Shown here one piece after another: positions 44,927-56,690 of a stretch of 64,000 bases of DNA. Origin of the DNA: Macrostomum lignano (Eukaryota); the NCBI GenBank assembly GCA_002269645.1, contig NIVC01000992.1, positions 62,001 to 126,000 on the forward strand, in the 5' to 3' direction. The position numbers were made by a program, and so were the translations under genes. Every line of letters begins with the position of its first letter. Within the stretch, counting starts at the first letter, position 1. The notes beneath the pieces were generated by a model. That model had not been told where the DNA came from. It made no database searches and worked only from the letters and a program-made list of their open reading frames with translations.

Positions 44927-45268
44927 ATTACGCTTACACTTACACTTAGATTATTAATTAGCTACAGATTCTTATATTTCTGTGATAATACAAATCTGTA
45001 TAAATGTGCCAAAGTTGAACAGAATGCAAGCGATCATGCCATTGGTTTTAGCTGATTCTATATAAAATTAACTGCAATGAATGCTTTGAGTTTTTCTAAC
45101 TGAATAAAATTATTAAATCTCGTGTTGACTTTTACAGGCTTATAATTTTCTAGATTTTTCTCTATTCAGCATTGCTCAAAAGACTTAAGCAAGCCTGTTT
45201 TTACATTTCCTAGTTTACCCAACGTGACTATATAGTTTGAGAAATCGTCATTGGAAATTTGAATCTTC

Positions 45269-45892
45269 TTTGAGCTTTACTTTACGCTCAATGTGGCAAA
45301 TCTAGTGGGCCGTAGCCTAGTGATCATGGTCTGGCTTGTTTGAGCTTTACTTTACGCTCAATGTGGCAAATCTAGTGGGCCGTAGCCTAGTGATCATGGT
45401 CTGGCTTGTTTGAGCTTTACTTTACGCTCAATGTGGCAAATCTAGTGGGCCGTAGCCTAGTGATCATGGTCTGGCTTGTTTGAGCTTTACTTTACGCTCA
45501 ATGTGGCAAATCTAGTGGGCCGTAGCCTAGTGATCATGGTCTGGCTTGTTTGAGCTTTACTTTACGCTCAATGTGGCAAATCTAGTGGGCCGTAGCCTAG
45601 TGATCATGGTCTGGCTTGTTTGAGCTTTACTTTACGCTCAATGTGGCAAATCTAGTGGGCCGTAGCCTAGTGATCATGGTCTGGCTTGTTTGAGCTTTAC
45701 TTTACGCTCAATGTGGCAAATCTAGTGGGCCGTAGCCTAGTGATCATGGTCTGGCTTGTTTGAGCTTTACTTTACGCTCAACGTGGCAAATCTAGTGGGC
45801 CGTAGCCTAGTGATCGTGGTCTGGCTTGTTTGAGCTTTACTTTACGCTCAACGTGGCAAATCTAGTGGGCCGTAGCCTAGTGATCGTGGTCT
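45269..45892. repeat. 70-bp tandem repeat, about 9 near-identical copies, containing a SINE 5' end
   Basis: TGAGCTTTAC recurs at 45271, 45341 ... 45831. The last unit runs into the SINE body. Confidence 0.95.
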
Positions 45893-46056
45893 GGCGCGGC
45901 GCGGCGCCAGCGGCCTTAGGCTCGATTCCAAGTGCAGTCGCTAATTTTTGTGGCTAAATTGCAATCTCGGCTTGGCTCTTGGCCAACCCCCATGAGACAC
46001 AGTGAAGTGTACATGCCTAGCGATAAATAAAGTTAGGGCCGCTGTGGGTCGAGAGT
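45867..46056 (+). mobile_element. tRNA-derived SINE (family B) with A and B boxes
   Basis: GGGCCGTAGCCTAGTG (A-box-like), GGCTCGATTCC at 45920 (B-box-like), and body shared with the other copies. Confidence 0.75.
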
Positions 46057-47196
46057 TACCCTACTCTCTTATCATGGATAAATCATCTATGATCCATGAT
46101 CCATTGATAAATCATGCATGTTCATGGTATTTTCATGCATGGATTTTTAAAACTTTCCATGGTAAAATCATCCATGTCAGGGAGTTCATACGGGAAAATA
46201 AATAACTAAGCTTATAAAAAATTTCAGGCTATTTTATGTATATCTAATAAAGTTTTAAATATATTTAATAAAAGCGAAATTGTAAATACAAAAAATAGTT
46301 TAATAAATTTGTTAAAATCTTCACCTACAAATTGCTTTGAATATATTACCAGCAATTTTGTTGGCCATTTTGTTTCGGTTTAGTTAATTACGGACTTAAC
46401 TTCCCATAAACATAAATTACTAGGCCTATTTTTCCTTTCTAAGAGGACTCTGTCACTCTTGCATGTTGTCATCATTTCATTATGTGTCACTATGTGCTAT
46501 GTTTATGTTTATGTTTTTTCTTAGCTATATACTTCCAGTTCCACTTTTGGTAGCTAGTTTTAAAATTCGGTGGCTTGTAAGGTTTTTTGACATGCTAATT
46601 TTGATCTTCACTCCTTCAGTGAAAATTGTATTTGTAGATATATTAGAAAATAGAAACCCTATTATATATTATATTTGGGATGCAAAGATAACCTATAGGG
46701 GTTAGATGTATATTTTTGAATGATATTTTGCTGCATTTTTATAATGATAGGTTGGCCTAACCAAAGCCAAAGGCCTAGTCTAAAGTGGCATCCTAGACCT
46801 AGGCCATAGCCTAATGATAAAAATCACATGGTAGGCTGACAGTTTCAAAATAATAAAAAATAATAGTATATTATGGTAATTGGTACTTAATTTCGAGACC
46901 TTTCATGTCCTTTGTATCTAATATACAGTCTATAATCAAAACTAGACTAGACTAGGCCCAATTAGGCCTAATATTGTCTACTTTGTATCAGAAAATCCAC
47001 AATGGCACAACTTTATAATTATAGGCCTATATATAGGGCCTAGGCCTTATATTATAATTTTTATTTAAAATCATAGGGGCCTAGGGTCCCTACATTAAAT
47101 TTTTTTTATATACAATTCTAATTGGTTTGTCATTGGCCTCTTGATTGATTCTTCAAACCTTATCTCCTTGTGAAACTTTTTCAGAACAAATTGTTA

Positions 47197-49146
47197 TGGA
47201 TGATATTGGATTAAGTGCATCTAATTCTAGGCCTCTTCGAAAGCAGACAAAAAGTACTTCTAAATTTGGAAATGACAATTCAGCATTGTTTTTCTGCTTT
47301 ATTCTTCACAATGTTGGCCATGATGAGCAATATGTGACCATTGCATTTGGGTCTCCCTATTGGCCAAGTACAATAACTAATGATGAAAAGTTGGAACTTG
47401 CACAAGTAAGATTTTAAGTTGGATTTATATGCATAATATTTTGTTATTGAGTACATGGTTTCTAAAACAAATTATTCCAACTACAAATGTAATATTACTT
47501 TATTAAATTATATTTTAGGGGACTAAAGTCTTTTTACGCATGTATGGCAAACTATTTTCTGCTACACTTGTGGCAAAAGGTAGTGAAAGGCAAATGGCTT
47601 CAACTATGAACCAACTTTCCAACTTGGTTAGTGAGGCTGAAAATACTGATTCATTGATTAGCCAAGCTATTGAGCTTTTTGCAATGAAAGATCCCCAAGC
47701 TGGCATTGCAAATGTAAGGACAATAAGGTCATCTAGTTCAAAGCAGGTTGCTTCAAGTTCTAGTTGTCATCAGCATGGACTACTTGACGAGCTTTATGAA
47801 GTGGATAGTGAAAGTGGCGAACCAAATTTGGCGATACCAGCTACTCAATCAATGGGTAAAACTGCAATATATATGAACTATTAATTGTTTGCAATTTGTT
47901 TTTTTTGTTGTATTATTTGATTAATTATTATTTTTTAGAAAAAGCCATTTCTGCATTTGAGAGAGAGGCATCTTTGGTTGAAAATGAGCAAGCTCGTGCC
48001 ACAGGCCTCTTGGAATCAAGTTTGTATATTCTATTACACCTAATTGAAAACCAAATACCAAATGAGTCAATATTTTTGTAGCAATAAGCCTTTTTTATCA
48101 CTAGGTGCAATTCAAGAAGTGCAACCCCTCCGAGGGGTACAGATAGTAAACAGTGAATCGGATGCAACAATGAAAGGTATAATTTTATTTTTTTAATATG
48201 ATACAATCACATTATTAAAAATCAAAATCACCATATTTTTATATATGAGCATATATCTTACTCTAGATCTAAAACTGTTCATTCAATCCGAGTTGCTTTC
48301 TCTTGAGAAGCGTCTTGCTGCAAGGATATGCCGACTTTTAAAAAAGGATGACAACTTTGGTGGAATGCTAACAATTAAAGAATACCAAAATGAGGTATGT
48401 CAGTTTTTTCTTAGCATCAGCAGCATCACGTCTGTAGTATAAAAGTTCTACTATATAATAACATTTTTTAGGAATTTAGGTGCATTGATGGTTCCCTAGC
48501 TGAGCTGTCTTCAATTCTTTGCAACGATCCTAAGGTGTTCCTCCGAAGGTATATCAAGCTGCGATTTGGCGAAGGCTACTTGCTTGAGCATATAATCGAT
48601 TCATCCTGTGGTGCTCGCAGTTCCCGAAGGCCTGCTCCATCTGAGCATGTGACAGAGTTTCAACGTAAATATATATATATAATTTTTTCACAGTTTTGTG
48701 CAATTTTTTTATTATAAAGCAATTTAGGCTAATTAATGCTAAATGATCTGAATCCAATACTTGGGATATTTTCTAAAAAAACACATTTAGGTCTGAGATA
48801 AAAGAAATTGAGGAAAAATAGTTCTAAAGTTCAATACATCCCATTGACCTATTTAATGATTAGCATCATAAATCAACTTCCTTTTAAATTTAGCCTATTT
48901 CTACTATAAACACAGTACACAATGTCTATTGTAAAAATATTTTACTATACTCGTGAATTTTCAGGTTTGCTTCAATTGTGCTATCGAACATCTGGCTACG
49001 ACTTCCACGAAATCTGGAAGTCTGTACGAGACCATCTCAATCAGCTGGCCAGGGAGGAGACACGGGCGAGAAAGCGAACTTCAACTGCTGCTTCTGGACC
49101 CGAGTCAGGGGATTCCATTTCCCGCTCAAGGCGAATGGGACCGTGA
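47197..49146 (+). CDS. Multi-exon accessory gene of the EnSpm element (TnpA-like, DUF4806/BEN-like C-terminus); exon boundaries only partly resolved
   Basis: Short ORFs separated by AT-rich GT-AG introns: ..GSPYWP.., ..LVSEAENTDS.., ..LLSLEKRL..DDNFGG.., ..YDFHEIWKSVRDHLNQLAREETRARKR. The pattern resembles second ORFs of animal EnSpm elements. Confidence 0.5.
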
Positions 49147-49195
49147 ATTGCGGAAAAAATTCTAGTAACTTTTGAATATTTGAATTGCTATTTTT

Positions 49196-51496
49196 ATGTC
49201 TAGTAAATCAGAATCTGAGCACTCTCTTTCTACTAATTACTCAGCCTACTCTTGTCAGGCGATTTCTTCTCCCTCAAATAGTTTTTCTACAAGTAATAGG
49301 AGTTCAATTTCAAGCGAAGCCGGTGTAACGCACTCGCACAGCTGTCCTGACGCTGTGGAAACTTTTATTGGTGAAAACAATGCTGTGCCTGTGCTTGAGG
49401 AGAGTTCAGATAGCTTAGCGAATTTGGCTTCCATCTCAGATCCCAGTGTGCAGGCGGCTCTGATTTTTCAGTGGGCAATTACTTCCGGAGTTTCAGAGGC
49501 TGCTCTTGATAGACTCCTGAAGCTACTTTCTATTTTTAGTAGAGATTCTCTAGCTCTTCCAAATAGCGTCAAGTTGCTCAAATCATTGATTCAAGATACT
49601 TGCCCTCTTGATGATAGTGACGTGTCTGAATTTGGCTTTTGCCCAGAATGCAAAAGCCAGTGTCAGGTTCATTCCCCAAAGTCAAAGGTTGCTGTGACAC
49701 AGCTCAATATTGTTCCACAGCTGCGGACTATCTTAAGCAGCCACACTTCAACTATTCTGCAGTATGAGCAAGAATTGCAAAAGGATAAAAACACAGACGT
49801 TTTGAATTCCAAAATAGTTAAAGAACAAGGCTTAAGCCTATCTTCTGGCAAGTCGCTTCACTTGCATCTTCTAATCTCAGCTGATGGCGCCAATTTTTTT
49901 GAATCTGTTCAGAGTAGCTTTTGGCCATTTCAGGCTCAACTTCTAAACCTTCCTGTTTACATCCGTCAACGCTTTGCAAATTTAATTCTAATTGCTCTTG
50001 TTTCATCGAAGGCAGTCCCGCATTTCCAGTCTTTTCTGTCTGAAATTATGAACAATTTGCCAAAACAGTTTATATTCTCGGAATACACCGTTCATGTCCA
50101 TTACACACTCTTTGTTTGTGACTTGCCCGCTCTTGCTAAGCTCTTCTGCATTCACCAGTACAATGGTGCGTTTAGCTGTCCTAGGTGCTTGCACCCAGGT
50201 GAGAGCTTTAAAGTATCCGAGAAAGGTAAAAACTGGATCTTCCGCTATGGTGAAGGCTACTTGTTTCCTTTGAGAAACCCATCTTCCCATCTTGAACACT
50301 GTCGGCTCGCACAAATTCGAAATCGGCCTGTTTTTGGCGTAAAGATGCGCAGTTGCTTGTTAGACTATGTTCCGTTTCCCAGCTGCAATCCTATTGACAG
50401 TTTACACTGCTTTTTCGAAGGCCACACCAAGTATCTACTAGAAGAGCTGTCATTACCTGCAAACAGGCGCGAGTTGTATTTTTGCTCAGCTAATTGCATG
50501 GATTTCATATCTAATTGTATTCGTCAATCTATAACTCCTTCTAGCATCACAATCAACACAAATTTTAAAGGCTTTTCAGATTGGAAAGCAAAGCATTTTA
50601 AAAACTTTGCGCTATACTTTCTTCTTCCTACGTTTTTGCAGAGAATTTCGCATTTTCCATTGAAACTGCTGTTAACTAATTTAGTTCTTATTTATCACAT
50701 GTTGTATAGCCCCCAATCAAATAAGACTGATATCGAAAAGCTATGCAAAGCTTTTATCTCCAATGCTCAGCAAATATTCGGACCGAAAGTACTCCGCCTT
50801 AATTTCCACCTGCTTTTGCATATGGCTGAACAGTACGAATTGTACGGACCTGTATTTAATTATTCTATGTTCGCATTTGAGAGCTCCATTGGCATGTTCA
50901 AAAAGTTCTTATGCGGAACTGTGTCATTTGGCCCACAGCTTGTTCGCAAGTTTTTGTTTCAAAAGTTGCTACATCACTACTTTTCTTGTGTTAAGGACTC
51001 TATTGTAGTGGATGCAGTTAACTCTATATCTTTAGAGCCATCCAGGCCACATGGTATTCTTCGAAACTCACTTGCTTATTTTAATGGACATTTTTTCTCG
51101 ACAAGCTCAGCTTGTGCGTCGAAAAATTCTAACCATCTTTGCCAATTGAAGTCCGGCGAAATCTGCACTATTGCAGAGTTCCTCGAGCCTAATACTATTC
51201 GAGTGCAAATTTTGGATCCCATTGGTTCGCTGTTTGATTTTGTTTTACGAGTACCAGCAGCAACTTTCCCCATCGATTTACTTAATTGGAAAGCATTGCT
51301 GGAATCCATGTTCAAAAAGTCTTCGACATTCAATTTTGTATTGATATCCCTGTCTAATGCGCCCAGATCGGCCAGACGCGAACGTATAGTTAATTTTTCA
51401 GAGGTCGATCGACCCTGCATCGCTGTTCCAGTAGAATCGTTCAGCAAAGACTGTTATTGCGCTGTGCCATTGTTCAAAGAGTTTGAACATGATTAA
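49196..51496 (+). CDS. EnSpm/CACTA transposase (TnpD-like, 766 aa), uninterrupted
   Basis: LLISADGA..SFWP..LLNLP, CDLPALAK..HQYNGAFSCPRC, IDSLHCFFEG, WKAKHFKNF and NFHLLLHM..YGPV..SMFAFES are hallmark motifs. Confidence 0.93.
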   Translation: MSSKSESEHSLSTNYSAYSCQAISSPSNSFSTSNRSSISSEAGVTHSHSCPDAVETFIGENNAVPVLEESSDSLANLASISDPSVQAALIFQWAITSGVSEAALDRLLKLLSIFSRDSLALPNSVKLLKSLIQDTCPLDDSDVSEFGFCPECKSQCQVHSPKSKVAVTQLNIVPQLRTILSSHTSTILQYEQELQKDKNTDVLNSKIVKEQGLSLSSGKSLHLHLLISADGANFFESVQSSFWPFQAQLLNLPVYIRQRFANLILIALVSSKAVPHFQSFLSEIMNNLPKQFIFSEYTVHVHYTLFVCDLPALAKLFCIHQYNGAFSCPRCLHPGESFKVSEKGKNWIFRYGEGYLFPLRNPSSHLEHCRLAQIRNRPVFGVKMRSCLLDYVPFPSCNPIDSLHCFFEGHTKYLLEELSLPANRRELYFCSANCMDFISNCIRQSITPSSITINTNFKGFSDWKAKHFKNFALYFLLPTFLQRISHFPLKLLLTNLVLIYHMLYSPQSNKTDIEKLCKAFISNAQQIFGPKVLRLNFHLLLHMAEQYELYGPVFNYSMFAFESSIGMFKKFLCGTVSFGPQLVRKFLFQKLLHHYFSCVKDSIVVDAVNSISLEPSRPHGILRNSLAYFNGHFFSTSSACASKNSNHLCQLKSGEICTIAEFLEPNTIRVQILDPIGSLFDFVLRVPAATFPIDLLNWKALLESMFKKSSTFNFVLISLSNAPRSARRERIVNFSEVDRPCIAVPVESFSKDCYCAVPLFKEFEHD

Positions 51497-51828
51497 AAAG
51501 GTACGAGTATGTGTCCGTACCTTAGATCCGATTATTTTATTATTAATGCTGCAAAGTCTGGCAGAAAATAAAATTATGCTCCATGACCAAGATAAAACCA
51601 TCAGGGAATCAGAATAACTTTCCAGATGCCCAACTTCCTCCCTCTCAGACTCCCACCGTTACCTCTCTTTGTCCGATCTCTCCATATTCAAAATCTCCAA
51701 GTTTCTGTGCGCAAATAATTGACTAATGCAGCATTAACTTCGTTTCGTAAAGGATTAGTCGGCCCTTGCCCTTAATGCGTACCGAATTCGGCTAATTCTA
51801 TTTATTGACTGTTCAGTAAAATTTACTG

Positions 51829-52370
51829 TTTTATTTTTTCTTACAGTACCTTGAAATGCGTCAAATTCTGTCTATTCTGTATCTTAAAGCTCTCTGAGCT
51901 GTTTTATTTTTTCTTACAGTACCTTGAAATGCGTCAAATTCTGTCTATTCTGTATCTTAAAGCTCTCTGAGCTGTTTTATTTTTCTTACAGTACCTTGAA
52001 ATGCGTCAAATTCTGTCTATTCTGTATTTTAAAGCTCTCTGAGCTGTTTTATTTTTTCTTACAGTACCTTGAAATGCGTCAAATTCTGTCTATTCTGTAT
52101 TTTAAAGCTCTCTGAGCTGTTTTATTTTTTCTTACAGTACCTTGAAATGCGTCAAATTCTGTCTATTCTGTATTTTAAAGCTCTCTGAGCTGTTTTATTT
52201 TTTCTTACAGTACCTTGAAATGCGTCAAATTCTGTCTATTCTGTATTTTAAAGCTCTCTGAGCTGTCTTATTTTTTCTTACAGTACCTTGAAATGCGTCA
52301 AATTCTGTCCATTCTGTATTTTAAAGCTCTCTGAGACTGAGCTGTCTTATTTTTTCTTACAGTACTTTGA
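51829..52370. repeat. 73-bp tandem repeat (about 7.5 copies) inside the EnSpm element
   Basis: TTACAGTACC recurs at 51841, 51914, 51986, 52059 and onward. Confidence 0.95.
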
Positions 52371-54214
52371 AATGAATTATGCCTAATTATCATTAATAAT
52401 ATAAGTCTCGAAATGGTCATCATACGAGTTTTCAATTACTTCTACATTTAATTGCATAAGTATTTGTTCTGATACTTTTTTGTTTTGAAAGTGATTTATA
52501 AGGGAATGGAAACATATTTCTCAGCAGCACTAAAGATGCTGCCGAATTTGTTTAGAAAATTTCAGCTTTAAAATGAACCTACGCAAACATTGCGTTCTAC
52601 TAACAGTAGTGTAGTAAGGAAAATTATATTTAAAATCATACATCAATGTACATGGATGGAAAGTAACCATGGATGAAGTTTACGTGGAACCATGTATGAT
52701 CAGGTATGGCTCCATACATGTTCAGGTATGATCCATACATGGCATCATGGATGCTTCATCCATGATTTATCCATGCAAGGAGAGTAGGGTACATACTAAC
52801 ATTGAGGAATTTTGGAGTATCTCTTGGTGAAAATAAAACGAATTTATACTCTTACTAAATAGTTATTTTGCATGCACACACGTTAATATCATAGGCGCGC
52901 TTGTTCAGCCTCTCCACACGGACAAGTTGGACAACATCTAGCTCATGGTCCTCCTATAGTACTACAGTATTTAAAAATAAATGGGTCTGATTCTACATGT
53001 AGGTGTTTGCCCATCCATTATAATTGCCGTGGTTTTTTTGCAGTGCTGCCTTGTGTGAAAATATGCAGATGCGGCATCTTCAATACATGTATCGTCTGAA
53101 TGTCAATTACGCCCCATGTCTGTTATATGGCATTGTAGAATTTTAACATTTTTATGCTCGTATTTACATTTTAGAAAGCTCAGAATGTTATTTACAAGTT
53201 CGCGTTTAAAATTAGAACTAGAGCCATATTTATTAAAACATCAAAATACAACTTGCATTTACATTTAACAATTTAACATCTATACAAACTTAGCATTAAG
53301 ACTAAAGCCGAATTTATTAATATTTTGTTTAACTGACACTATTCACGACATTTTCTTCCACGTAGAAACTTCTAACTACACGAAAAACAGGTTCTTATGG
53401 CTAGTTTTTCAATTTTTTTGTAAATTATCGTAGTTTAGGATGCCTTAAACTCAATAAAAATATTTAATATTAGAAGACAAATAAACTTTCACATCTTCGG
53501 TGATTTAGTGCAGCAAAATTGAAAGAAAATCGACGAAAGAAAGGGACATCCAAGAAAACACCTTCAACCGTTTTTTATCGAATCAGAATTGCGAGGAGGA
53601 TACTCAACTTGATTTATGAAGTTGATTTATTTTTATCGTTTTGCGTAGAACATCGAGTTATACTATTAAGCAAATTGTAAGCAAAGTCGGATAAAAAGTG
53701 CTCGGCAGCAGTATATATAGTAGTAAAAAGAGTATAGCTAATTGTGTAATGTTAAATTTAATGTGCCTTTGTTTATAAAATTTTGGATGTGTACAAGTTT
53801 CTACAACATTAATGTCTCTTCTGGGTATATAGGGAGAGCTGAGTAAAAAGTTTCCAGAATGTACGCGAGAGGCGATATATTTTTGCACATTTTAACAAAA
53901 CACGCATGCATAAAAAATCCGGAATACATGCTTCCCGGAATTACAATGTACATCACTATTACGATAATTTGCAATCGCATCAAGCGCTATATTACTACAG
54001 GTTCATAGGTGATTTTATGTTGAAAAGGCAAAGTGAAATTCAAGTGGCCAGGGGTATTTCTTTAAGTTCAGTTTTAAGCAGCAGATTATTTATTTTCAAG
54101 GTGTGTAAGAATCGCAGAGAAATTTTCGACATTAAACGACGAGTATGTCGTCAACTATAATAAAATAAAATTCATGTCGTACTAAATGTAAAGTACATTT
54201 CAAGCCTTTCATAG

Positions 54215-55380
54215 TTACGGAAAATAAAATCCATAGGCCATAAATTCGCAAATGGTGACTGGTAATTTAGCATGAAAAATAGAAACTCGAACTCTGCTGC
54301 CATAGCCAGCGCAGGTGAAGTTGGACACTGAGAACGAAGTCGATAGTTTCACATTGTTGCACTCGATGCCGTCCACCTGCAGTGTGAACCTGTTGAGTCG
54401 GTCAGCGCAGCAGTCCTGCCTGTTGTAGATGGTGACGGTGGAGACGAGAGCTGCTCTGGGCAGCTCAGCTTCCCACCATTCGCTATTGCTTTCTCTTGTG
54501 TGGGAGCAGGATTTTTTAAAGTAATTCTGGTTTGTATTGCCATCAATGGCTCGTAAGCAATCGCCTCTTTGCCTCCTCCTTGTAGAACTCTGCCTACATG
54601 TTGAAGCTCTCAAGGGTAATGTCGCTGAAAATTTACGCAATGTCTTACACTCAGCAGCATATTTGTCCGTTAATATAAAAGATTAATTAATGATAATATT
54701 ATGCAACCGGTCAGCAGATTTGCAACCGACAGCTCAGCCGCTGTCGGTTATATATACATGTATTGCGCGGCGCATTGCTGCGTACGGCTGTTCAGTCCAA
54801 GGACTGGGGAGTCGCCACACAGCCTCAATTACCCCAGCCAATGCTGGCACCCATTTTACAGCTGGGTGAACTGAAGCAGTTCAGAGTTAAACGTCTTACT
54901 TAGGGACGCAAATTGTATCAGTGGGATCGGGAATCGAACCCCCGACCAATTCAAGTCGTGAGTCCGACGCTCTGACCACTAGGCTACAACCCCCTTCCTG
55001 GAAGGAGAATCAACTTCAACCGGACTGTGTTCAATCCATTACAATCACGCAATGCTCGGTATACACGTATACTCACGCAGTTTTCGCGTGTACACATCGC
55101 TCGGTGGAAAGACTGATTGCCACAGAACCCGCCTAAAGAATGCGGTGACGTTGAACAGATGGCACGCATTCGGACTCCAATAGAAGCCATAGCAGTCGAG
55201 TATGCGAGCGCACATCAGTGAGCATTGGGGTCGGGTAGCGACCAGTTCGTGCTTGGCGAACTCCGCCGGGCCCTGTCCGCTGGCACGGTGGGCAACAACG
55301 AAAGCCTTCTTGGGTGGGCAGTTGGTGGCCGAGATGGCAACTATTGATACCACGCAGGTGAGTAGTGTTAGAAGCTGCAT
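54215..55380 (-). CDS. Secreted PAN/apple + fucolectin (FTP) domain protein; exons 55380-55077 and 54624-54215
   Basis: Signal peptide MQLLTLLTCVVSIVAISA, PAN motif CSLMCARILDCYGF..CHLF, and FTP motifs QSST..RAIDGN..CSHT..WW..TIYNRQDCCADRL. Phase-1 GTGAGT/TTTTCAG intron. Confidence 0.85.
54783..54987 (-). mobile_element. tRNA-derived SINE (family A), near full length, intronic
   Basis: GTAGCCTAGTGGTCAGAGC (A box), GGTTCGATTCC (B box), then TTCACCCAGCTGTAAAATGGG, resembling conserved central SINE domains (CORE/V/Meta type). Confidence 0.8.
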
Positions 55381-55654
55381 TACTATACCAGCAATTGGTA
55401 GGGATTTAAAGCTGAGCGCTCTCTCGTTTATCGGCGTAGACGTTTCTATATATAGTGGGATTAATGACTTAATACCTGTAGGCATGCTTTTTCTGATTGG
55501 CGAATGTTCTCTTCTCCAATAGGCTACTTTAGCTGCGTTTAATATTGCAGGGTGTTGCATTATTTGCCAAATGAAATAAAAGCATGTAAACAGATAGAAA
55601 CTGCATGCATGGCTTCGACGAATGTCAGGAGAAACCTCTGGCAACCATGACGCA

Positions 55655-56690
55655 GCCTAAGAGACAGGGGCGACCACCAAGAGACAGGGGCGCCCACCAA
55701 GAGACAGGGGCGCCCACCAAGAGACAGGGGGCGCCAAACCAAGAGACGGAGGGCGCAAACCAAGAGACAGGGGGGCGCCAAACCAAGAGACGGGGGGCGC
55801 AAACCAAGAGACAGGGGCGCCCACCAAGAGACAGGGGGGCGCCAAACCAAGAGACGGGGGGCGCCCACCAAGAGACAGGGGCGCCCACCAAGAGACAGGG
55901 GGGCGCCAAACCAAGAGACGGAGGGCGCAAACCAAGAGACAGGGGGGCGCCAAACCAAGAGACGGGGGGCGCCAAACCAAGAGACGGGGGGCGCAAACCA
56001 AGAGACAGGGGCGCCCACCAAGAGACAGGGGGGCGCCAAACCAAGAGACGGGGGGCGCCAAACCAAGAGACGGGGGCGCCCACCAAGAGACAGGGGCGCC
56101 CACCAAGAGACAGGGGCGCCCACCAAGAGACAGGGGGGCGCAAAACCAAGAGACGGGGGCGCAAACCAAGAGACAGGGGGGCGCCAAACCAAGAGACGGG
56201 GGGCGCAAACCAAGAGACAGGGGGCGCCAACCAAGAGACAGGGGGGCGCCAAACCAAGAGACGGGGGGCGCAAACCAAGAGACAGGGGCGCCCACCAAGA
56301 GACAGGGGCGCCCACCAAGAGACGGGGGGCGCCAAACCAAGAGACGGGGGGCGCAAACCAAGAGACAGGGGCGCCCACCAAGAGACAGGGGCGCCCACCA
56401 AGAGACAGGGGGGCGCAAAACCAAGAGACGGGGGGCGCAAACCAAGAGACAGGGGGGCGCCAAACCAAGAGACGGGGGCGCAAACCAAGAGACAGGGGGC
56501 GCCAACCAAGAGACAGGGGGGCGCCAAACCAAGAGACGGGGGCGCAAACCAAGAGACAGGGGCGCCCACCAAGAGACAGGGGCGCCCACCAAGAGACAGG
56601 GGGGCGCCAAACCAAGAGACGGGGGCGCAAACCAAGAGACAGGGGGCGCCAACCAAGATACAACTGGGCGCCAACCAAGAGACAGGGGCT
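55655..56690. repeat. GC-rich 20-24-bp minisatellite
   Basis: Unit CCAAGAGAC(A)GGGG(GG)CGC(C/A). The 3' part of a family B SINE follows directly at 56687-56785. Confidence 0.95.

Larger units (their letters stand above)
46059..52789 (+). mobile_element. EnSpm/CACTA (CMC) DNA transposon, 6.7 kb, potentially autonomous
   Basis: TIR CCCTACTCTC..ATGGATAAATCAT, 2-bp TSD TA (46057-46058, 52790-52791), subterminal CATGG repeats and two internal genes. Confidence 0.92.

Noticed and set aside
45269-45892. CRISPR-like regular array (also 51829-52370)
   Set aside because: Units are contiguous and near-identical with no unique spacers, there are no cas genes, and the context is eukaryotic.
54905-54987. 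Functional tRNA gene (also 28760-28817 and 45867-45935)
   Set aside because: A and B boxes are present, but acceptor and anticodon stems do not pair properly and the sequence continues into a shared SINE body.
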